A stretch of DNA of 63,463 nt, counting the filler, from Nemertoderma westbladi (Eukaryota; Animalia; Xenacoelomorpha), in assembly GCA_032718475.1 (NCBI GenBank). It is 4 parts of 4 records of this genome, joined end to end, with 100 filler letters (N's around TTAATTAATTAA, not from the genome) between each part and the next. Parts side by side here need not be neighbours in the genome. Positions count along the whole stretch, not along the records: positions 44,112 to 58,100 come from JAUCBJ010000439.1; positions 58,201 to 63,463 come from JAUCBJ010008459.1; 2 more parts are not named here. One strand, written 5' to 3'. The notes beneath the pieces were generated by a model. It saw only the letters and a list, made by a program, of their open reading frames with translations. It was not told the DNA's origin and searched no databases. The number at the start of each line of letters is the position of its first letter. The stretch's first letter is position 1. Both the position numbers and the translations under genes were made by a program. Shown in pieces: positions 54,852 to 63,463 of the stretch.

Positions 54852-55599
54852 TTATTCGACTAATTAATTAATTAGTCGTCGACTTTTCGTTATTAAACAA
54901 AGTTCAATGTTTAATATCCGTTTGTGACGTCACTATACTGCGGATTTAATTGCAATTTTCAAGGTTTTAACTTGCGTTGGCTTTTTTGCAATTTATGTTT
55001 AGATTTATTTTGTCTCTTAAAAGTTCCTTAAGTAGTGAATATTATTTTTATTTCTAATAACACTTCACATCGATCGAAAATTATTAACTTTGAACTGAAA
55101 TGTAATTTATCCCACAGTTTCTGGACAAAAATGTATTTTAGACAACGGTTTCCTATTTGATTAATTATTTATATAATTACAAGTTACTTTAAGAGTTGGA
55201 ATTTCCTTTTGCTGATTGCCACTGGCGTTCACTCAACACCGAATATTTTCCCGAATGTGGTTAGGTTAGTGAATCGGAATTCGTTATATCGGGGGGATTC
55301 AGTCCCTCTGAGTAAGAATACTGTTACTACGAAACGCTAAATTGTTTTCAAATTGTCATAAAATGTTTTCCTCTAAAATCCCCCAAATATTGATCTTACT
55401 TCTACTATTCGGGGTTGTCCCTGATCCTGGATCGAAATATACCCTCCAGTGCAATTTAGCATTGTAACAATGTTGAATTCAATATCATTGTTTTTATACA
55501 GTATCCGCCGTACTATATTAGGTGCTAGCATACTATGCGGTGCTTTATAAAGCACCAATTGAAAATATGAATTAACTAACTAACTAACTAATACTAACT

Positions 55600-57585
55600 A
55601 TAATCGCCCTGCAGCGTTGAATCTGCACATTGTGATTTGCTCATACGATCAGACATTTCTTGAGGAGTTTCAAAGTTAACTGTCAAAATCAGCAAAGGAG
55701 ATATCACCAATGCAGATAACTGATGAGGCGGCATGCAACGGCCAGGGGGTCAATTATGAACATATTAAAGTTTACTAGGAACTGTCATATGCTTGTGTGG
55801 AAATAAGGGTCTTCCCCGAATATGGATAAGAGCAAGTCGCTATCTGACCCCCATGTCCTTAATCAGAACCTAGTCAGTGTGACCAATCTGCATTCCGTGC
55901 TCTTGAACGAGTGTTAGGGTATTAACTGACTATTATTAACTGACTTGCCTCAGGTTCACCAATGGCTTCGTTGGTTGGGGCGGAACATGAGAGTAGCTTC
56001 GAATTCAAGAATCCCTCTCCACTCGCAATCTGGCCTCCCTGGTGACTCCCTGGTTTGGGCCAGAAAGATCATCAGGAAAGGAACTTACAGAATTGTGGGC
56101 CACTCTCTCTCCTGTGGGGAGTAAGACAGGCAGCCGGTCAGGAGATAACTGACGCCTGTGAGGCCAATTGTGTAATTCCACTGGCCTCTAGTGGCCGGAC
56201 CTCCGCATTACTAATGTAATCCATAGTGGGGGTTAGTGGTCCTTTTTTGCCGAGTCAGCTCTAGGGCCAATACCACAACCTGGTTTACCATTCCACAGGG
56301 CGGGTGTCGCAGTGGAGTCAGATATGAGGCCCATTGCCATCACCCATACCTACTCTGATGCACATGACCCACCATTGGATATGCAGCTCATCTGCTGGGC
56401 CATGCCCTGTATCCCTGCTGCCAGATGCAGGTCGCAGTGGAGTGCGGTCAACTTGGAGTTGAGAGCACTCTACTCCTGACCAGCCAGTGGTGGATTCCTA
56501 TCTGCCTGGTCAGGCCATATACCCCTGCAGCCGAGTACATGGGTCCTTATCCTAGAACGAAGTGGGGTCCTTGTTACAGGACCAATTAAGTTATAGGACT
56601 GCATCGGCCACACCACTAGCAAGCATCGTCGGCCAGCCCCGCAACGCAACACCCCAACCGATCGATATCAACCATATAACTCCCCAACCGAATTCATCTG
56701 TATTAGAAAGACCAGTTGACCGACCGCCATGTTTCCTCTCGCCAGCTGGTTGCCAATGTGCAGCTTCATGCATATCAGTTGTACGATGGAAGTGGCCAGC
56801 AAGCATAGTTGTCATAAATCCTTAAAAATAATTTTAGTCGGGATATCCCGGGATATTCGGTATATCCCGGGATATTGGGCGTATCTCCCGGGATATTGGC
56901 ACAGCTATGTTATGCTGTCTGCTACTGTGCGTATACTGCTTCTTGACTAATCAACTTATATCGACTTCGTAACTGCAGCAAAGCAGTTATCAGTTGATCC
57001 TCACAAGGGATGGACATATATGATCAGTAAAAAGAAAACAAAACTTGCTGTCTTTGCAGTGAAGTTATTTTCAGTTGTACCAAATAATTGTTCAGTTGAA
57101 TGAAATTTTCATGATTGCCGCAACTACCTTCGTATCTCAGAAAAGGAAAACTTTGACCAGAAGGTTATCCAAAAGGGTGAAATGTTTGAAAGTTTTGAAA
57201 GTTAAAGCTGATAAAGAAAATTGCCAAACTGACTGACGACTGCCAATGCCAACTCAATAGAACTTTAAAACTGTTAAACTCACTCACTTGATGACTGACT
57301 CAATTGCTTTACTTTAGAATAATTAGTAAAATTGGGTAAATTGCATAATATTGAGTAAATCATATTATGTAAACAACGTAAATGAATAAAATCACATGTA
57401 TAATTGAGTATATACTTTTAATTTATATTATCCAGGTATATCCCATGATTTCAGACCCAAAATCCCGGGATACTGAGGTATATACTAAGATATCCTTCCG
57501 GGATATCCCGGGATGTGACAACTATGCCAGCAAGTCTCATCCATAGTGCCTGCAGTGTGGCGCTGGGCTTTGGTAATTCTCAGTT
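55600..57585 (-). mobile_element. Rearranged RTE-like remnant: C-terminal ORF piece, GC-rich UTR-like region and a short RT-proximal piece
   Basis: MRLAGHFHR...WQPAGERKHGGR across the MITE at 56804-57526. attggtgatatctcctttgc (~55700, minus strand) resembles 2621. Confidence 0.55.
56804..57526. mobile_element. hAT-type MITE (723 bp)
   Basis: TIR CATAGTTGTCA / TGACAACTATG, 8-bp TSD CCAGCAAG, subterminal cgggatatcccg repeats. Confidence 0.9.
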
Positions 57586-58100
57586 AATATTAATAAAACA
57601 AACAATAGCTCTGTATTTGGTAGATATTTCAAACTTAATCAAATGTTTTTTTTGAATTGTTTAAATTCATATTAATAATTATTAATTTGCTATCCTATTT
57701 AGCCAAAATTAGCCAAATTAGCAAGAGGTAGTTTTTAAACAATTTCTAGTGGTTTTTATTTTTACGTCATTTTTTTCTCTAACGTTCTACAGCTTGTTGC
57801 TCGCTTAGTACTTCTGCCGATATTTAGGATATTAAACTTTGTAATAAGTACAAAAAATGCCATCAAATATTGGGCGTTGTTCCTTGCAAAACCGACAAAG
57901 TTAATGTTATCCTAAATCCTGTTATAGAAATACCAATAAGAAGCACCACTGTAGTATTAGTATCACAGTTGAAATGTTATGTATTTATTCTAGCGAAACC
58001 GCTGTGGCTCCCTTAAATTGAAAATTTCGGCAAATTCTGCTTACTTAATAGTCATAAATGACTAGTTTAATAAATACATATTAACACTCACATACACCAT

Positions 58101-58200
58101 NNNNNNNNNNNNNNNNNNNNNNNNNNNNNNNNNNNNNNNNNNNNTTAATTAATTAANNNNNNNNNNNNNNNNNNNNNNNNNNNNNNNNNNNNNNNNNNNN
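58101..58200. other. Artificial contig spacer
   Basis: N44-TTAATTAATTAA-N44. Confidence 0.97.
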
Positions 58201-58622
58201 GTGGAAAGTGTATTTTTATACGGGGGTGAGACCTGGACACTGACTAAATCACTTGAACAACGAATTGATGGTTGCTACACAAGACTACTAAGGGCAGCCC
58301 TAAACATCAGCTGGAGACAACACATGACAAACGCCGAGCTTTATGGTACAATACCACCTGTATCAACCACCCTCCGTGAACGCAGATTAAGATTCAGTGG
58401 GCACTGCTGGCGAAGTAAAGACGAGGTCATACCAGATCTACTTCTCTGGCAACCAACTCATGGAAAGCGTAGTCGTGGACGACCTGCCATAACATATATA
58501 GATCAACTTGAAAGGGATACTGAACTTGGGAGAAACGAAATTGCGACAACTATGGAGAATCGGGAAGCCTGGAAGGATCTCATTTCCACTGTCCGAGTTC
58601 GCTCGACCTAGTAGTAGTAGTA
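58201..58622 (+). mobile_element. Intact-looking 3' end of an RTE LINE abutting satellite DNA
   Basis: LYGGETWTL...RRLRFSGHCWR...WQPTHGKRSRGRP..YIDQL, followed by (TAG)4. Confidence 0.92.
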
Positions 58623-60697
58623 AGTTGGGGATTCCATGAGCGGTGGTTTACTTCACTAATTCTATTTGGGTTTATATCGATAAAGGTATAAGGGGATTCC
58701 ATGAGCGGTGGTTTACTTCACTAATTCGGGATTCTATGAGCGGTGGTTTACTTCACTAATTATATTTGGGTTTTAAGTTGGGGATTCCATGAGCGGTGGT
58801 TTACTTCACTAATTCTATTTGGGTTTATATCGATAAAGGTATAAGGGGATTCCATGAGCGGTGGTTTACTTCACTAATTCTATTTGGGTTTTAAGTTGGG
58901 GATTCCATGAGCGGTGGTTTACTTCACTAATTCTATTTGGGTTTTAAGTTGGGGATTCCATGAGCGGTGGTTTACTTCACTAATTCTATTTGGGTTTATA
59001 TCGATAAAGGTATCAGGGGATTCCATGAGCGGTGGTTTACTTCACTAATTCTATTTGGGTTTTAAGTTGGGGATTCCATGAGCGGTGGTTTACTTCACTA
59101 ATTCTATTTGGGTTTTAAGTTGGGGATTCCATGAGCGGTGGTTTACTTCACTAATTCTATTTGGGTTTATATCGATAAAGGTATAAGGGGATTCCATGAG
59201 CGGTGGTTTACTTCACTAATTCTATTTGGGTTTATATCGATAAAGGTATAAGGGGATTCCATGAGCGGTGGTTTACTTCACTAATTCGGGATTCCATGAG
59301 CGGTGGTTTACTTCACTAATTCTATTTGGGTTATATCGATAAAGGTATAAGGGGATTCCATGAGCGGTGGTTTACTTCACTAATTCTATTTGGGTTTTAA
59401 GTTGGGGATTCCATGAGCGGTGGTTTACTTCACTAATTCTATTTGGGTTATATCGATAAAGGTATAAGGGGATTCCATGAGCGGTGGTTTACTTCACTAA
59501 TTCGGGATTCCATGAGCGGTGGTTTACTTCACTAATTCTATTTGGGTTATATCGATAAAGGTATAAGGGGATTGATTCCATGAGCGGTGGTTTACTTCAC
59601 TAATTATATTTGGGTTTATATCGATAAAGGTATAAGGGGATTCCATGAGCGGTGGTTTACTTCACTAATTCTATTTGGGTTTTAAGTTGGGGATTCCATG
59701 AGCGGTGGTTTACTTCACTAATTCTATTTGGGTTATATCGATAAAGGTATAAGGGGATTCCATGAGCGGTGGTTTACTTCACTAATTCGGGATTCCATGA
59801 GCGGTGGTTTACTTCACTAATTCTATTTGGGTTATATCGATAAAGGTATAAGGGGATTCCATGAGCGGTGGTTTACTTCACTAATTCGGGATTCCATGAG
59901 CGGTGGTTTACTTCACTAATTCTATTTGGGTTATATCGATAAAGGTATTAGGGGATTCCATGAGCGGTGGTTTACTTCACTAATTCTATTTGGGTTTATA
60001 TCGATAAAGGTATTAGGGGATTCCATGAGCGGTGGTTTACTTCATAAGGGGATTCCATGAGCGGTGGTTTACTTCACTAATTCTATTTGGGTTTATATCG
60101 ATAAAGGTATAAGGGGATTCCATGAGCGGTGGTTTACTTCACTAATTCTATTTGGGTTATATCGATAAAGGTATAAGGGGATTCCATGAGCGGTGGTTTA
60201 CTTCACTAATTCGGGATTCTATGAGCGGTGGTTTACTTCACTAATTCGGGATTCCATGAGCGGTGGTTTACTTCACTAATTCTATTTGGGTTTATATCGA
60301 TAAAGGTATAAGGGGATTCCATGAGCGGTGGTTTACTTCACTAATTCGGGATTCCATGAGCGGTGGTTTACTTCACTAATTCTATTTGGGTTTATATCGA
60401 TAAAGGTATAAGGGGATTCCATGAGCGGTGGTTTACTTCACTAATTCTATTTGGGTTTATATCGATAAAGGTATAAGGTGATTCCATGAGCGGTGGTTTA
60501 CTTCACTAATTCGGGATTCCATGAGCGGTGGTTTACTTCACTAATTCGGGATTCCATGAGCGGTGGTTTACTTCACTAATTCTATTTGGGTTTATATCGA
60601 TAAAGGTATAAGGGGATTCCATGAGCGGTGGTTTACTTCACTAATTCGGGATTCTATGAGCGGTGGTTTACTTCACTAATTCTATTTGGGTTTTAAG
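58623..60697. repeat. Satellite with a constant 35-bp core (gggattccatgagcggtggtttacttcactaattc) and alternative linkers giving 35/53/64-65-bp units
   Basis: Direct reading. Confidence 0.95.
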
Positions 60698-60739
60698 TTA
60701 AGTCCCCCCTGTAATGCCATTTTCGTATAGCAATAGTAT

Positions 60740-63463
60740 AGAGCATTACAGGGGGGACGAATTGCAAGGGGGCTACATATTTTATAAGGAGAGTTTACAG
60801 TAGAGCATTACTAGGGGGACGAATTGCAAGGGGGCTACATATTTTATAAGGAGAGTTTACAGTAGAGCATTACAGGGGGGACGAATTGCAAGGGGACTAC
60901 ATATTTTATAAGGAGAGTATAGAGCATTACAGGGGGGACGAATTACAAGGGGGCTACATATTTTATAAGGAGAGTTTACAGTAGAGCATTACAGGGGGGA
61001 CGAATTACAAGGGGGCTACATATTTTATAAGGAGAGTTTACAGTAGAGCATTACAGGGGGGACGAATTACAAGGGGGCTACATATTTTATAAGGAGAGTT
61101 TACAGTAGAGCATTACTAGGGGGACGAATTGCAAGGGGGCTACATATTTTATAAGGAGAGTTTACAGTAGAGCATTACAGGGGGGACGAATTGCAAGGGG
61201 GCTACATATTTTATATGGAGAGCATAAAGCATTACAGGGGGGACGAATTACAAGGGGGCTACATATTTTATAAGGAGAGCATAAAGCATTACAGGGGGGA
61301 CGAATTACAAGGGGGCTACATATTTTATAAGGAGAGCATAAAGCATTACAGGGGGGACGAATTACAAGGGGGCTACATATTTTATAAGGAGAGTTTACAG
61401 TAGAGCATTACAGGGGGGACGAATTACAAGGGGGCTACATATTTTTAATGAGAGTATAGAGCATTACAGGGGGGACGAATTACAAGGGGGCTACATATTT
61501 TATAAGGAGAGTTTACAGTAGAGCATTACAGGGGGGACGAATTACAAGGGGGCTACATATTTTATAATGAGAGTATAGAGCATTACAGGGGGGACGAATT
61601 ACAAGGGGGCTACATATTTTATAAGGAGAGTTTACAGTAGAGCATTACAGGGGGGACGAATTGCAAGGGGGCTACATATTTTATAAGGAGAGCATAAAGC
61701 ATTACAGGGGGGACGAATTACAAGGGGGCTACATATTTTATAAGGAGAGTTTACAGTAGAGCATTACAGGGGGGACGAATTACAAGGGGGCTACATATTT
61801 TATAATGAGAGTATAGAGCATTACAGGGGGGACGAATTACAAGGGGGCTACATATTTTATAAGGAGAGTTTACAGTAGAGCATTACAGGGGGACGAATTA
61901 CAAGGGGGCTACATATTTTATAAGGAGAGTTTACATAGAGCATTACAGGGGGGACGAATTACAAGGGGGCTACATATTTTATAAGGAGAGTTTACAGTAG
62001 AGCATTACAGGGGGGACGAATTACAGGGGGGCTACATATTTTATAATGAGAGTATAGAGCATTACAGGGGGGACGAATTACAAGGGGGCTACATATTTTA
62101 TAAGGAGAGTTTACAGTAGAGCATTACAGGGGGGACGAATTACAAGGGGGCTACATATTTTATAATGAGAGTATAGAGCATTACAGGGGGGACGAATTAC
62201 AAGGGGGCTACATATTTTATAAGGAGAGTTTACAGTAGAGCATTACTAGGGGGACGAATTACAAGGGGGCTACATATTTTATAAGGAGAGTTTACACTAG
62301 AGCATTACAGGGGGGACGAATTACAAGGGGGCTACATATTTTATAATGAGAGTATAGAGCATTACAGGGGGGACGAATTACAAGGGGGCTACATATTTTA
62401 TAAGGAGAGTTTACAGTAGAGCATTACAGGGGGGACGAATTACAAGGGGGCTACATATTTTATAAGGAGAGTCATAGAGCATTACAGGGGGGACGAATTA
62501 CAAGGGGGCTACATATTTTATAAGGAGAGTTTACAGTAGAGCATTACTAGGGGGACGAATTACAAGGGGGCTACATATTTTATAAGGAGAGTTTACACTA
62601 GAGCATTACAGGGGGGACGAATTACAAGGGGGCTACATATTTTATAAGGAGAGTTTACAGTAGAGCATTACAGGGGGGACGAATTACAGGGGGGCTACAT
62701 ATTTTATAATGAGAGTATAGAGCATTACAGGGGGGACGAATTACAAGGGGGCTACATATTTTATAAGGAGAGTTTACAGTAGAGCATTACAGGGGGGACG
62801 AATTACAAGGGGGCTACATATTTTATAAGGAGAGTTTACAGTAGAGCATTACTAGGGGGACGAATTACAAGGGGGCTACATATTTTATAAGGAGAGTTTA
62901 CAGTAGAGCATTACAGGGGGGACGAATTACAAGGGGGCTACATATTTTATAAGGAGAGTTTACAGTAGAGCATTACAGGGGGGACGAATTACAGGGGGGC
63001 TACATATTTTATAATGAGAGTATAGAGCATTACAGGGGGGACGAATTACAAGGGGGCTACATATTTTATAAGGAGAGTTTACAGTAGAGCATTACAGGGG
63101 GACGAATTACAAGGGGGCTACATATTTTATAATGAGAGTATAGAGCATTACAGGGGGGACGAATTACAGGGGGGCTACATATTTTATAAGGAGAGTTTAC
63201 AGTAGAGCATTACAGGGGGACGAATTACAAGGGGGCTACATATTTTATAAGGAGAGTTTACAGTAGAGCATTACAGGGGGGACGAATTACAAGGGGGCTA
63301 CATATTTTATAAGGAGAGTTTACAGTAGAGCATTACAGGGGGGACGAATTACAAGGGGGCTACATATTTTATAAGGAGAGTTTACAGTAGAGCATTACAG
63401 GGGGGACGAATTACAAGGGGGCTACATATTTTATAAGGAGAGTTTACAGTAGAGCATTACAGG
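60740..63463. repeat. Satellite, 62-bp unit with a 57-bp variant (agagcattacaggggggacgaattacaagggggctacatattttataaggagagtttacagt), runs off the window
   Basis: Direct reading. Confidence 0.96.

Noticed and set aside
58623-60697. CRISPR-like array (35-bp repeat with spacers)
   Set aside because: The linkers are two or three recurring sequences or absent, there are no cas genes, and the context is eukaryotic. It is a satellite

Overview
Eukaryotic (animal, probably invertebrate) genomic DNA. Four contigs are joined by artificial N44-TTAATTAATTAA-N44 spacers, so adjacency across the gaps is not evidence of linkage. Five conserved host genes are present: a GAD/CSAD-family PLP decarboxylase (two repairable frameshifts), PDAP1, RIOK2, a GFOD1/2-type oxidoreductase (one intron) and a DDX5/DDX17-type DEAD-box helicase. 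Four of the five have no intron in the CDS. The rest is repeat DNA: RTE-clade LINE fragments with (TAG)n tails, a second LINE family, a young full-length 4.5-kb Gypsy LTR element, degenerate Gypsy and BEL/Pao remnants, hAT, Tc1/mariner and Harbinger MITEs with visible TSDs, Helentron/DINE-like repeats, an 11-kb higher-order array built from a TIR-bounded unit, and two abutting satellites. The most unusual signal is in the young Gypsy element. It lacks a 3'-CCA tRNA primer-binding site and instead has 12 nt complementary to the 5' end of tRNA-Lys directly against the LTR. It also has an FRDD RT motif and a GGGAAAC plus hairpin -1 frameshift signal. Other highlights are the intronless housekeeping genes in a repeat-rich genome, a head-to-head two-tailed LINE insertion with one TSD, and a hidden secreted-protein ORF.
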